Assembly (NCBI GenBank): GCA_963692945.1
Contig: OY843585.1
Location: 930,001 to 962,000, forward strand
DNA length: 32,000 nucleotides
Origin: Bdellovibrionales bacterium
GTDB taxonomy: Bacteria > Bdellovibrionota > Bdellovibrionia > Bdellovibrionales > UBA1609
Direction: 5' to 3'
Part shown: positions 1 to 9,740 of the stretch, piece by piece
How positions within the stretch are numbered: the first letter of the stretch is position 1
Layout: every line of letters starts with the position of its first letter
The notes under the pieces: model-generated
What the model saw: only the letters and a program-made list of their open reading frames with translations
Databases searched by the model: none
Told to the model about the DNA's origin: nothing
Program-made: the position numbers and the translations under genes

Positions 1-3000
1 AAATAAAGTTTGAGATTTTATATTAATAAAAGGGTTGTCAGGTGGGGAGTTTTTGAAGCCTACAGATCCAGAAATAATTTTAAATTCTTGATCTCTAAAT
101 AGGATTAAATTGTCTTCTCTTGCTGTTGAAATATTGAAATCTCCTGTAAGAGAAGGTGATTGTAAGGTGCCAAAAATAGATGAACTGCCTTCAATAGATG
201 AGTTTAAAACAGAGTTATTGATAGATAGAGGTTGTTTTGTTTCTATTTTAAATTGGAGTTGAAAAGGTGAGAATTTTTTAGATTTTTTTTGTCCTGTTAA
301 AGAATAGTAGTTTGCTATGTTCATTTTTGTATTTGAAAAATTTTTTGTAATTGTTCCAGAGTTAATCATGTAATGACCATTTAGAAGATAAGGATATCTG
401 TTCCCTGTGATTTTTACAAATCCATCTCCTTCTGTTGAAAAATCTTTAGGTAGGTTTAAATGAATATTTGAAAAATTGAAAAAAAGATCAACTGTTGGAG
501 GATTTATAAAATTATAAAGGATATAACCACTTCCTGAGCTAGACCCTAAACCTATAGAGCTTTTAAATTTAGAAATTTTTATTTTTGTATTATTTATTTG
601 AAGAGAAGAGTTGATGTTAGAGAAATCTGGCAAAGTGTCTATAGAGATAGTTCCATTCTTGATTTTTACAGTTCCTTGAGGATTCCATTGTTTTAGATTT
701 CTACTTGTTATTAAATGGGTTTGAATATTTCCATCTAAATTGTTTAGGGCAGGAAATAATATAGAGATAAAAGATAACGAAGTGTCTCCCGATAAGAGCA
801 ATTGGTTATCTTTTTTTTGAATTCTAAATTTTTTCCGATTGTATTGAGAGAAAGATACAGGGTCTAAGAGCCAAGCTTCTTTTGAAAAAGAAATAGAAAA
901 AGGTTTTTTGCTTTTTAACCATTTTTTTTCTTTAAAAAGGAAAAAGTCTTTTATGTGTAAATGCCCTTTCCAAAATCTACTTTTAGTTTGGCTGATAAAT
1001 AAGTTGATATTTCCTTTTAATCTTGAATAGTAGTTCTCTGTCGTTTCTTTCTGATTTTTTGCTCTCAGTATTTTTATAAGGTCAAAATTAAAAAAGTCTC
1101 CATGGATAAAGATAGGTTCTTGTTTTGAAAAAGGATAGTAGAATTTTTTAATTAAAAATTTATTGATGATATTTCCAGAAAGAGTTAAGCCTTTTTTGTT
1201 AATGCTTATTTTAGCTTTTGTGTCCTCTACAGAAAAAGTGTAGAGAAAAGCATCTGAAACACTAAATTCTCCGACTCCTTTAGGATTTTTTAAAGCACCT
1301 AGAATTTTCATATTAAAATTTAAAAATCCCGATTGTTTAAAAGGTAAAAAGGAAGTTAATAAATTTGAACTTTCTATAGATAAATTTGTTCCTTTTACAG
1401 TTAAGTTGAAATTTTTGTTAAAATCTCCTGAAGCTGTAATGAGTCCAGAGCCTTTTGTTAAAGAGAGGTTTTTTAAAAGACCCTGTCCTTCTTTTGAAGA
1501 AATATCAAAGTCAACTCTTTGAAAAATTTCTTTTTGAATATGCGTATTAAAGAAATTTCCAGAAAGATCAAAAGAAAGATTTTTCTTAGAGTTCCAAGGT
1601 TTTTTTATAAAAAAAGCTGCTGTTCCTGTTCCTTTAATATCCAGAGGCCATTTAATATTTGCTTCAATGGCTTGCTTAATATCTTGAATGTCTATAAAGG
1701 AAAAGGTTCCTTTGACAATCGATTCTTTTTTATTGAAATCTATAGAACAATATCCTTGAAAATGACTTTTTCCAGGAATAGATTTTATGTTTTTAAAAAT
1801 GATTTTTTGATTTTTGAAATTAAATTGGCTGGTGATGGTTTTTAACTTGTACTTTTCTATTTCTAATAAGTCAGAATTAAGATAACCTTTTGCTGTAAAA
1901 ATTCCTTTATTCAATTTAAATAAGCTGTTTTCTAATTTGATAGATCCTTTTAAATCAAGAGGTGTATTAAAGGCTATATCTCTATTTAATTCAGCAAATC
2001 CATCACCGATTATGGTGAGAAGATTTGATGAAGGTTTGTATTTTCCTATAATTTGGAGGAGAGAGCTGTCTTCTTTTTTAGCTGTAATTTCAAAGTTAAG
2101 TATTTTATTTTTCCATTCTATAGATAGATCTGTATCCATCTTATAAAATGAGATTATTCTTTCTTTCCAATTGGTTATATCTATTTGAGGAGATTGACTT
2201 TTTATTTTACAATCCACATACAAATCAATATTTCCTATGCATTTAACAGTTCCATTGATATCAGCTATTACAGGTAAACGAATATCTATAGTATCCTTTA
2301 AGAAAGAAGAGGCTTTTAAATTGCGAACTTGCAAGGATAAATTGTATTGTATAGGAAGAGAATTAAATAAAATTTCCACTTTATCAAAGTTAATAAAGGA
2401 TAGGGAATCTATTTTTATAAATCCTTGATCTATAAGAGCTGTTTTATTTAAAAGACGTCCTTTAGCGGAAAAAGATTTATAGGGTTTATTTTTAAATATA
2501 AAATCAGAACTTTGAATCTGAAACTGACCTTTGTAACCCTTTTTTTTGTTAAACTGTATATTCAAATCATAAGAGATGAGAGAAGTGATATTTATATCTG
2601 TCTTTCCAAGAATTTTTAAAATTTGATTGATTGAAGAAAAGGGTATTTTCCCAGAACTTTTTAATTTGAGATTTTTTAGCCCTCTAGAGTTAAGTAAAAT
2701 TTCCAAAAAACTTGTTTTCACGTTTAAGGTGTCATTAGATAAAGTCATTTTTTCTACATAGATTCTGTTTTTTTCAATAAGGCCTTTTGATTTAAGAAAA
2801 AAGGAATTTTCTTGGTTAACAAAAACTTTTTTAATTGAATTTGTAAAGTAATAACCTTGAGAACTTTTTCTCTGAATATCCCAATCTATATCCATGAGTC
2901 TTAGAGTGTTGTCTTTATGAGTTAAAGTGAGGTTTGTATTTTTAATGATTATTCTTTTTATAGGAAGATTAAAATCTGCAGGACGAGTTTTATAGGTTTT

Positions 3001-3405
3001 TTGTATGTTATTGTTAGTTTGAATATTGAGAGTTCCATAATCCATTTTTACTTTTGATAGCATTATGGTTTTTTTTAGCATCAGGGAAAGTAAGCTGGGG
3101 CGAATATTTATAGATTTTACAGTTTGTGCTCCATTTAGAATTATAAAAAAATTATTTTTTTTTGATGTAGATAGGTTGGTATTTTCTAAAGTCACATTCT
3201 CTAAATTTATACTCATACTTAAAAGTTTAAAATTCAATTTCTCCCAATGGATTTTTAAGCCAATTTGTTTCTGAAAGTTTTCTACTAATGTTTGAGATTT
3301 CAAATGGAGGAATTCTTCTATTTTTTTATTGATCTGATGTAAGCTGAGAGGTGTTAGAAGGAATAATAAAAGTAGGAATGTCAAAAGTAGGAAAGTTTTT
3401 TTCAT
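1..3405 (-). CDS. Very large envelope protein, N-terminal 1135 codons only (continues past position 1). Best guess is an AsmA/TamB-like outer-membrane biogenesis protein.
   Basis: ATG at 3405 (cat 3403-3405 on +) opens MKKTFLLLTFLLLLFLLTPLSLHQINKK..., a hydrophobic signal-anchor. I read the + triplets in phase 1,4,7... over 1-420, 1501-1620, 2401-2460 and 3001-3060 and found no tta/cta/tca, so the minus frame stays open to the window edge. It is absent from the ORF track only because there is no in-window stop. The product guess rests on size, the N-terminal anchor and a monotonous N/K/L/T/I-rich beta-like sequence, not on a diagnostic motif. Confidence 0.7.
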   Translation of the reverse strand, partial: MKKTFLLLTFLLLLFLLTPLSLHQINKKIEEFLHLKSQTLVENFQKQIGLKIHWEKLNFKLLSMSINLENVTLENTNLSTSKKNNFFIILNGAQTVKSINIRPSLLSLMLKKTIMLSKVKMDYGTLNIQTNNNIQKTYKTRPADFNLPIKRIIIKNTNLTLTHKDNTLRLMDIDWDIQRKSSQGYYFTNSIKKVFVNQENSFFLKSKGLIEKNRIYVEKMTLSNDTLNVKTSFLEILLNSRGLKNLKLKSSGKIPFSSINQILKILGKTDINITSLISYDLNIQFNKKKGYKGQFQIQSSDFIFKNKPYKSFSAKGRLLNKTALIDQGFIKIDSLSFINFDKVEILFNSLPIQYNLSLQVRNLKASSFLKDTIDIRLPVIADINGTVKCIGNIDLYVDCKIKSQSPQIDITNWKERIISFYKMDTDLSIEWKNKILNFEITAKKEDSSLLQIIGKYKPSSNLLTIIGDGFAELNRDIAFNTPLDLKGSIKLENSLFKLNKGIFTAKGYLNSDLLEIEKYKLKTITSQFNFKNQKIIFKNIKSIPGKSHFQGYCSIDFNKKESIVKGTFSFIDIQDIKQAIEANIKWPLDIKGTGTAAFFIKKPWNSKKNLSFDLSGNFFNTHIQKEIFQRVDFDISSKEGQGLLKNLSLTKGSGLITASGDFNKNFNLTVKGTNLSIESSNLLTSFLPFKQSGFLNFNMKILGALKNPKGVGEFSVSDAFLYTFSVEDTKAKISINKKGLTLSGNIINKFLIKKFYYPFSKQEPIFIHGDFFNFDLIKILRAKNQKETTENYYSRLKGNINLFISQTKSRFWKGHLHIKDFFLFKEKKWLKSKKPFSISFSKEAWLLDPVSFSQYNRKKFRIQKKDNQLLLSGDTSLSFISILFPALNNLDGNIQTHLITSRNLKQWNPQGTVKIKNGTISIDTLPDFSNINSSLQINNTKIKISKFKSSIGLGSSSGSGYILYNFINPPTVDLFFNFSNIHLNLPKDFSTEGDGFVKITGNRYPYLLNGHYMINSGTITKNFSNTKMNIANYYSLTGQKKSKKFSPFQLQFKIETKQPLSINNSVLNSSIEGSSSIFGTLQSPSLTGDFNISTAREDNLILFRDQEFKIISGSVGFKNSPPDNPFINIKSQTLF

Positions 3406-3449
3406 TTTTAAAGAAGAGATTTTTTTTAGAATCAAAGAGAATATAGGTT

Positions 3450-4523
3450 TCAATGTTTAGTCCATTTCTCTAATAAAGATTGAGCATTTTTATAATCAGG
3501 TTTAACTTGTAAAATGCTATTAAGATGTTCAATGGCCTCTTCTTTTTTGCCAAGATAATATAAGGTTTGAGATTTTGTATAAATTAAAGGAAAAACAGAT
3601 TCAGCATCTTTCATTTGGTTTAAAAGTTGATTGATAAGATCAAGACTTTTTGTGTATTGACCTGTTTCCATAAGCCAATCCAGATAAAACCAGTAATCAG
3701 AGAGGTCTTTAAGTTTTGTAGTTAAGAGATTTATAGCTGCATCAGGCCACCCTAAAAAATAAAGAAAAAGAGATAAATTTTTAGTTTGTTCTTCTTTTTT
3801 TTGTGATAGTTTTTGTATCACTTTAGACCATCTCTGTTTAAGGTCTGTATTTTCTGGAATGAAATGAGATTTTTTTGTATCAGATACACGGTTTTTATAC
3901 AGAGCCATTTTTTGATCTGTAACAACTTTTATGGCTCTTCGTTCCTTTATAGATTGTTGTAGATCTTTGTATTTTTTATTTTTTGGGTCTTTTGCTAAAA
4001 GAGTTTGAATGACTTTACTTTCTTCATCTATTAAACCTTGTGCTTTTAAAAAATCAAGAGATTCTAATAGTTTATCATCTTCAGAAGTATTTCTTTCTTT
4101 TAAGTTTTCTAAATAGATGTTCAAATGATTAGAAAATTCCAAAGAATATTCTGCCCATCTTTGACAAGAAAAAATAGACGGATGCTTTTTCGCATAATCT
4201 TTTAACCAAGTGTGATACAATGTGTTTGCTTCTGATTTGTTGATTTTAACCTTTGATTTTATAACTAGAGGTAAAATAAAAGTCCAAGCAATAGGCTTAT
4301 GATCTTTTAAAAGTTCTCTGGAAAGTTCAAGTGATTTTTTATGAGATCCTGAGTTGTAGAGAAATTGACTGAGAGATTCTAAATCAGAATGATTTTTCAT
4401 TTTACTAAGAATTTCTGTAACGGATAAGTTTTGTTTTAAATAGAAAGCCATTTGTCTTTCTAACTTAATTTGAAGAAGATTGTTTTTTAAGGGGGTTGAT
4501 TTTTTACTTGTTGTTTCTTTCAA
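3450..4523 (-). CDS. Hypothetical protein with C-terminal TPR-like repeats
   Basis: 357-aa ORF. The C-terminal ...YYLGKKEEAIEHLNSILQVKPDYKNAQ... is TPR-like. The start overlaps the efp stop by 20 nt, and an alternative internal Met (MAFYLKQ) is possible. Confidence 0.6.
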   Translation of the reverse strand: MKETTSKKSTPLKNNLLQIKLERQMAFYLKQNLSVTEILSKMKNHSDLESLSQFLYNSGSHKKSLELSRELLKDHKPIAWTFILPLVIKSKVKINKSEANTLYHTWLKDYAKKHPSIFSCQRWAEYSLEFSNHLNIYLENLKERNTSEDDKLLESLDFLKAQGLIDEESKVIQTLLAKDPKNKKYKDLQQSIKERRAIKVVTDQKMALYKNRVSDTKKSHFIPENTDLKQRWSKVIQKLSQKKEEQTKNLSLFLYFLGWPDAAINLLTTKLKDLSDYWFYLDWLMETGQYTKSLDLINQLLNQMKDAESVFPLIYTKSQTLYYLGKKEEAIEHLNSILQVKPDYKNAQSLLEKWTKH

Positions 4524-5067
4524 TGTAACTTCCGTCTATAGTATTGATTTTTAATTTATCTCCTTCAGCAATATGAAGAGGAACTTGCACTACTAAACCT
4601 GTTTCCATTGTAGCAGATTTTGTTGTATTAGATACAGTATTTCCTTTCAATCCTGGTTCTGTTTTTGCAACGGAAAGCACTAGACTTTTGGGAGTTTCAA
4701 TGGAAATGATTTTATCATTAAAACAACAAGCGGTTACTTCTAAAGATTCTATCAGGTAGTATTGTGCATCTCCTATTACAGATGGGAGAATGGGTAGAGT
4801 TTCATAACTTTCTTTATCCATGAAGTAAAAAGCATCTGCGTCTTTGTAAACATAAGAGAGGGCTTTATAAACAATATCTGGAACAGCAAATTTTTCTCCA
4901 GATCTAATGGTTAACTCTAAGTTTGTTTGTGTTAAAAGATTTTTAAGTTTTGTTCGTGTGAATTGATTTCCTTTTCCAGGTTTTACATGTTGGAAATTCA
5001 AAATCACATAAGGTTCTCCTTTGAGCAGAATCTTTAAACCTTTTTTAAAATCACTTGTTCCGTACAT
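4504..5067 (-). CDS. efp: Elongation factor P
   Basis: MYGTSDFKKGLKILLKGEPYVILNFQHVKPGKGNQFTRTKLKNL... carries the conserved KPGKG loop. I place the start at ATG 5067 (187 aa, a typical EF-P length), 1 nt after the upstream gene's stop (5069-5071), rather than at the track's 5112. Confidence 0.9.
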   Translation of the reverse strand: MYGTSDFKKGLKILLKGEPYVILNFQHVKPGKGNQFTRTKLKNLLTQTNLELTIRSGEKFAVPDIVYKALSYVYKDADAFYFMDKESYETLPILPSVIGDAQYYLIESLEVTACCFNDKIISIETPKSLVLSVAKTEPGLKGNTVSNTTKSATMETGLVVQVPLHIAEGDKLKINTIDGSYIERNNK

Positions 5068-5068
5068 G

Positions 5069-5644
5069 TTAAGAGTTTTTCTCGTTTTCTTGATTATCAC
5101 TCCATCTTTCAATGCGTGATAAAAGTTTTTGTAGTTTTTGTAATTTTTGGGATTTTTTATCGTCTGTAGAATTTTGAGAGGGTGGGTCTTTTTGTTGATT
5201 CTTTGGTTTTTTAATCCCGTTTTTTTGTTGATATAGAATTTTTTCTAAATGTTGAATGGTTTTTTTAGCTGTTTGATTCCAAGGTTTTATAAAAGAAACC
5301 ATTTTAAAAGCTGCTAGAGTTTTTTCTAAATTTTTTTCTCCTCTATAAATTTCTCCAAGGAGTTGGTAAATTTGATGATTGTCAGGGCTTAACTCTTTGG
5401 CTTTATTGAGGGTTTCAAGGGCTTTAGAGGTCTGACTTTGATCTTTGTAGATTTTTGCTAATAGAATGTAGCCTGTGGCATAGGTAGGGTTATGTTGAAT
5501 GCCTTTAAGGCAGATTTCCTTCGCTTTTTTAAATTCTTTTTTTAGACGATAGACTTGAACAAGAGGGCAAAACACTTTAGATTTTGGATTTTTAGCCAAT
5601 ATAGCCTTGTATTTTTTTATTAGAAAAGGATTAAATAAATCCAT
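5069..5644 (-). CDS. TPR-repeat protein with Lys/Gln-rich C-terminal tail
   Basis: 191-aa ORF with repeated A..Y..LA.IY...G....A helix-pair patterns (ICLKGIQHNPTYATGYILLAKIYKDQSQTSKALETLNKAKELSPDN). Confidence 0.7.
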   Translation of the reverse strand: MDLFNPFLIKKYKAILAKNPKSKVFCPLVQVYRLKKEFKKAKEICLKGIQHNPTYATGYILLAKIYKDQSQTSKALETLNKAKELSPDNHQIYQLLGEIYRGEKNLEKTLAAFKMVSFIKPWNQTAKKTIQHLEKILYQQKNGIKKPKNQQKDPPSQNSTDDKKSQKLQKLQKLLSRIERWSDNQENEKNS

Positions 5645-5713
5645 ATTAAAAATTTGACATAAAATGATTTAGTTGGACAAGTCTTTTTCTTAAGGTATTC
5701 TTAAAAAGCAGCT

Positions 5714-6226
5714 ATGAACTTAGTCATTTTAGGTATTGATCCTGGAACTATAACTACAGGTTATGGTATTATTCTTTTACAAGGTCATCAAGTTGAATGT
5801 TTAAATTATGGTGTGATTTCAACTCCTAAAAGTTCTAATCTTTCACAAAGAGTGCATTATATTCATAGTGAGTTAAGAAAACTTTACAAAAGATACAAAC
5901 CTCATCATACGGCTGTAGAAAAAGTCTTTTTTGGTAAAAACCCAGAAGTTGCTTTTAAATTAGGACATATTTTTGCTGTGTGTCTATTGGAAAGTGAGTT
6001 GCAGGGGAGTGATTTTTTTGAATATGCTTCTCGTTTTGTTAAAAAGAGTGTTACTTTTTCTGGAAATGCCTCAAAAAGCTTAGTTCAAGAATTTGTGACA
6101 AATGTGTTTTCTTTGAAAAAAGACCAAAAATTAGATGCAACAGATGCTTTGGCAGTTGCATTATGTCATAGTCGTTACTGTCAGAGAATGAAAATTCAAA
6201 AACGATTAAAAGAAGTTGCTTTATGA
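5714..6226 (+). CDS. ruvC: Holliday junction resolvase RuvC
   Basis: ILGIDPGTITTGYGII N-terminus, AVEKVFFGKN and DATDALAVALCH motifs. The stop overlaps the ruvA start (ATGA at 6223-6226). Confidence 0.9.
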   Translation: MNLVILGIDPGTITTGYGIILLQGHQVECLNYGVISTPKSSNLSQRVHYIHSELRKLYKRYKPHHTAVEKVFFGKNPEVAFKLGHIFAVCLLESELQGSDFFEYASRFVKKSVTFSGNASKSLVQEFVTNVFSLKKDQKLDATDALAVALCHSRYCQRMKIQKRLKEVAL

Positions 6227-6792
6227 TAGGTTTTTTAAAAGGAAAAGTTCTTTTAAAACAGGGTGTCAGCCTTGTTGTTGATGTATCTGGTGTGGGTTAT
6301 GAAGTTCAAGTTGCTAAATCTATCGCTGAACAATTAGCTCAAGGTTCTTTTGTTTCTCTTTGGATTTATACCTCCATTCGTCAAGACTCTCTGGATCTTT
6401 TTGGTTTTTCTCATATTGAAGAAAAAAGCTTGTTTTTATCTTTACTCAAAGTGAATGGTGTTGGTCCTAAGATGGCTTTAACTATTCTCGGATCTTGTTC
6501 TTTGGAACAGTTTATTCAAATGATTAAGGATGAAAATCTAAAAGCCTTGACCGCTTTACCTCGTGTTGGAAAAAAAATGGCTCAACAAATAGTTTTAACT
6601 CTCAAAGAGCAAGTTTCTCATACTTTGATCGGAAAAAGTAAAGACAGTCAATACAGCCATCAGCTTATAGGAGCTTTAGAATCTTTAGGTTTTGTTCCTT
6701 CAGAAATTAGAGATGTTTTAAGTAAGATAAAATGGGAACAAAATTTACAAAAAGACCTTGAGCAGGCTTTGACTCATTTGAGATCTTCGTAA
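6223..6792 (+). CDS. ruvA: Holliday junction branch migration complex subunit RuvA
   Basis: MIGFLKGKV...VDVSGVGYEV, then LLKVNGVGPKMALTIL and LPRVGKKMAQQIV helix-hairpin-helix motifs. It lies between ruvC and ruvB. Confidence 0.9.
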   Translation: MIGFLKGKVLLKQGVSLVVDVSGVGYEVQVAKSIAEQLAQGSFVSLWIYTSIRQDSLDLFGFSHIEEKSLFLSLLKVNGVGPKMALTILGSCSLEQFIQMIKDENLKALTALPRVGKKMAQQIVLTLKEQVSHTLIGKSKDSQYSHQLIGALESLGFVPSEIRDVLSKIKWEQNLQKDLEQALTHLRSS

Positions 6793-6806
6793 AAAAAAGG
6801 ATAAGA

Positions 6807-7847
6807 ATGTCAAATGATTCACTTTTGAATATTGATGAATTTCCAGAGGAAAAAGAATCTGAAAACACTTTACGCCCTAAAAGTTTTAAAGAATTTCCTG
6901 GGCAAGATAATGTTAAAAAGAAATTACAAATTTTTGTAGCTGCCGCTTCTCAAAGAGAAGAACCTTTAGATCACACCTTACTTTATGGTCCTCCTGGTTT
7001 AGGGAAAACAACTTTGGCTCATATTATTGCAGACAGTTTAAAGGTTCCTTTTTGTGCAACTTCAGGTCCAGCCATTCGTAGAAAAGGAGATTTAGCGGCT
7101 CTTTTAACAACACTTCAACCGAAAAGCGTTTTATTTATAGATGAGATTCATCGTCTTAGTTCTGATATTGAAGAGTATCTTTATAGTGCCATGGAAGATT
7201 TTTTTATTGATATAGTTACTGGAGAAGGTGTTGGAGCTCAGTCCGTTAGATTCAAATTGAGTCCTTTTACTTTGATTGGTGCAACCACACGGACAGGTCT
7301 TTTAAAAGCTCCATTTAGAGATCGTTTTGGAATTATAGAGCGATTGGAGTTTTATGATGAGTCTTCTCTTTGTTCTATTGTTCAACGATCCGCACAGATT
7401 TTGAATTTGAAAGTTACAGAAGGAGGAACTCAAGAAATTTCTAAGAGAAGTCGGGGGACTCCTCGTATTGTGAATAGACTTTTAAAGCGTATAAGAGATT
7501 ATGCTCAAATTCAAAAAAAAGAAGTTATAGATGAGCATTTAGCAAGTTATGCTTTGAAAGAACTTGGTGTTAATAAATATGGATTGCACGGTATGGATAT
7601 GCAAATTTTAAAAATACTACAGGAGAATTTTTTAGATAGGGCGGTTGGTATAGACACTTTATCTGCCACTATCAACGAAGAAGTTGATACTATAGAAGAT
7701 TTTTATGAACCCTATTTATTAAGACAAGGTTTGATTCAAAAAACTCCACGAGGCCGTATTTTGACAAAAAAAGGAAAAGAAATTGTTGCTTCTATTTTTC
7801 CTGATAGTGTAGAAAAGAAGAAAAAGAAGCAAGAGAAATTATTTTGA
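6807..7847 (+). CDS. ruvB: Holliday junction DNA helicase RuvB
   Basis: LRPKSFKEFPGQ, Walker A GPPGLGKTTLA, Walker B LFIDEIHRL, GATTRTGLL, RGTPRI. Confidence 0.95.
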   Translation: MSNDSLLNIDEFPEEKESENTLRPKSFKEFPGQDNVKKKLQIFVAAASQREEPLDHTLLYGPPGLGKTTLAHIIADSLKVPFCATSGPAIRRKGDLAALLTTLQPKSVLFIDEIHRLSSDIEEYLYSAMEDFFIDIVTGEGVGAQSVRFKLSPFTLIGATTRTGLLKAPFRDRFGIIERLEFYDESSLCSIVQRSAQILNLKVTEGGTQEISKRSRGTPRIVNRLLKRIRDYAQIQKKEVIDEHLASYALKELGVNKYGLHGMDMQILKILQENFLDRAVGIDTLSATINEEVDTIEDFYEPYLLRQGLIQKTPRGRILTKKGKEIVASIFPDSVEKKKKKQEKLF

Positions 7848-8962
7848 TTATTGGTGTTCCAAAAGAAATTAAAAACTCAGAATATAGAGTGGGTTTAACA
7901 GAGACTAATGTTGGTTCTCTTGTGGAAAAAGGTCATAAAGTTTTAATTCAAAAAGGGGCTGGAGAAGGTTGTCAAATTTTTGATGAAGCTTATAAGAAAG
8001 TAGGAGCTCATTTAGTTGATACTCTTTCTGAAGTTTATAAAAATTCAGATATGATAGTGAAAGTTAAAGAACCTCTTGTAGAAGAGTATGATCTTTTTAA
8101 AGAGAATCAAATCTTATTTACTTTTTTGCATTTGGCAGCTGAATCTAAACTCACAGATGTTTTATGTTCTAAAAAAGTTAAAGCTGTTGCTTATGAAACT
8201 ATAGAAAATGAAGATGGAGAACTGCCTCTTTTGAAACCTATGAGTCAAGTTGCAGGAAGAGTTGGTCTTCAAAATGGAATTTATTATCTTCAAAAACACA
8301 ATGGAGGCAAGGGGGTTTTAGCAGGAGGTATTTCTGGTGTAAAACCGGCTCATATTGTTATTTTAGGAGGAGGAATGGCTGGAATTCATGCGGCTATGAT
8401 GGCTGTGGGATTGGAAGCTAAAGTGACCATTTTAGATATTAGTGAAGATAAGTTAAAGTCTTTAGATCAGTTTTTTGGAGGAAAAGTTAGTATGTTGTTA
8501 TCCAATAAAGAGTCTCTTTCTTCTATTGTAAAAGAAGCAGATCTGTTGATTGGATCGGTTTTGCTTAAGGGTGAAAAGGCTCCAAAATTAGTGACAGAAA
8601 AAATGATTCAAACCATGTCAAAAGATAGTGTTGTCGTTGATATATCTATAGATCAAGGAGGTTGTATAGAAACAGCTCGCCCCACATCTCATGAAAAACC
8701 AACTTATAAAGTTCATGATGTGATTCACTATTGTGTTCCTAATATACCAAGTTCTGTATCTAGAACTTCAACTTATGCTTTAACAAATGTGAGTTATCCT
8801 TATGTGTTAGAGATTGCTGAACAAAATTTGGAAGTTGCTATTAAAAATAATTTGGGACTGAGTAAGGGGTTAAATACTTATGGGGGGCATGTGACTTATC
8901 TTCCTGTTTCTAAAGCTCTTAATAAGGAATACAAATCTTTTCAAGATGTAGGTTTTCTCTAG
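7844..8962 (+). CDS. ald: Alanine dehydrogenase
   Basis: MIIGVPKEIKNSEYRVGLT N-terminus and NAD-binding VILGGGMAGIHAA. The TTG start at 7844 overlaps the ruvB TGA (TTGA), suggesting translational coupling. The last 15 nt (8948-8962) are identical to the repeat unit at 11111-11125. Confidence 0.9.
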   Translation: MIIGVPKEIKNSEYRVGLTETNVGSLVEKGHKVLIQKGAGEGCQIFDEAYKKVGAHLVDTLSEVYKNSDMIVKVKEPLVEEYDLFKENQILFTFLHLAAESKLTDVLCSKKVKAVAYETIENEDGELPLLKPMSQVAGRVGLQNGIYYLQKHNGGKGVLAGGISGVKPAHIVILGGGMAGIHAAMMAVGLEAKVTILDISEDKLKSLDQFFGGKVSMLLSNKESLSSIVKEADLLIGSVLLKGEKAPKLVTEKMIQTMSKDSVVVDISIDQGGCIETARPTSHEKPTYKVHDVIHYCVPNIPSSVSRTSTYALTNVSYPYVLEIAEQNLEVAIKNNLGLSKGLNTYGGHVTYLPVSKALNKEYKSFQDVGFL

Positions 8963-9086
8963 GAATACCCTCATGCAAAAACCAGTAGGTTTTCTCTATG
9001 AAACTCTACTTATTTTCTGAACTTGAAGAGTGTCCCTTTTACGATGAAAGGTCAGAAAATAAGTAGAGTAACACTAGAGTTTTGTA
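8963..9086. repeat. Composite structured repeat, copy R1 (left part truncated)
   Basis: It contains a 25-nt unit at 8975-8999 (gcaaaaaccagtaggttttctctat), hairpin A at 9003-9069 and the terminal motif actagagttttgta at 9073-9086. It is near-identical to 11184-11300. Confidence 0.9.
9003..9069. repeat. Hairpin A, copy 1: perfect 18-bp stem and 31-nt loop
   Basis: actctacttattttctga (9003-9020) is the exact reverse complement of tcagaaaataagtagagt (9052-9069). The loop is acttgaagagtgtcccttttacgatgaaagg. Confidence 0.9.
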
Positions 9087-9140
9087 AAACAGGCATGGTT
9101 TTTGCATATAGTTTATGGTAAACTAAAAAAAGGAGAAATA

Positions 9141-9740
9141 ATGAGTAATAAATCTACTGTTTTAGAGGCTAAAGCTTATTTTGCAGAAATTTGGAAACTT
9201 TTCAACGAGCAAAAAGAGTACGATAAACAAACGGCAATGGAGCGAAAAGAATATGAAAAAAAAGCAGCAGAAGATATTAAAGAGCTCCGAGCTAGCCTAA
9301 AAGCGACTGACCTAAAATTCAATGGTCACTGGGGTAAGTTGATGGAGACTTTAGTTGAAGGAGATTTAGTGAAACTTCTAAAACAAAAAGGTATCCAAGT
9401 TGATCGGACGGCAACAAATATACTGAAAAAACACGGGGAACAACAATTTGAATTTGATATTTTAGCTTTCAATGGGGAAGAGATCGTTGTTGTAGAAGTG
9501 AAAACAACTTTAGATATTAAAGAGTTGAATTATTTCATTAAGAAATTAAATAGAGTTACGGATTTTATGCCAGAATTTAAAGGTAAAAAAGTTTATGGAG
9601 CCGTTGCGTATTTAAAAGCCAACCAATCTTCTGACAAAAGAGCTGAGAAAGAGGGTTTGTTTGTGATAAGAGCGACAGGAAGCAGTTCCAGTATTGTTAA
9701 TAAGCAGAGTTTTAAACCCAAAGCTTTTACAAAACTCTAG
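9141..9740 (+). CDS. PD-(D/E)XK (restriction-endonuclease fold) nuclease-like protein with N-terminal charged coiled-coil
   Basis: FEFDILAFNGEEIVVVEVKTTL fits the D...(D/E)xK signature, and the N-terminal 60 aa are K/E-rich and helical. I place the start at ATG 9141, preceded by AGGAG at 9131-9135, whereas the track begins at 9102. The last four codons plus stop (acaaaactctag) lie in the 14-nt repeat motif. Confidence 0.6.
   Translation: MSNKSTVLEAKAYFAEIWKLFNEQKEYDKQTAMERKEYEKKAAEDIKELRASLKATDLKFNGHWGKLMETLVEGDLVKLLKQKGIQVDRTATNILKKHGEQQFEFDILAFNGEEIVVVEVKTTLDIKELNYFIKKLNRVTDFMPEFKGKKVYGAVAYLKANQSSDKRAEKEGLFVIRATGSSSSIVNKQSFKPKAFTKL

Noticed and set aside
1519-3274. Four short + strand ORFs (1519-1845, 1937-2146, 2237-2428, 3065-3274) listed in the track
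   Set aside because: They lie antisense to the long minus-strand frame that is open across the whole region. Their translations are low-complexity F/I/K/L strings typical of shadow ORFs in AT-rich DNA.
5068-5112. Longer N-terminal extensions given by the track for efp (start 5112) and ahpD (start 25442)
   Set aside because: Both extensions overlap the upstream gene and add non-conserved residues. The internal ATGs (5067 and 25379) give canonical protein lengths and N-termini and sit 1 nt after the upstream stops.
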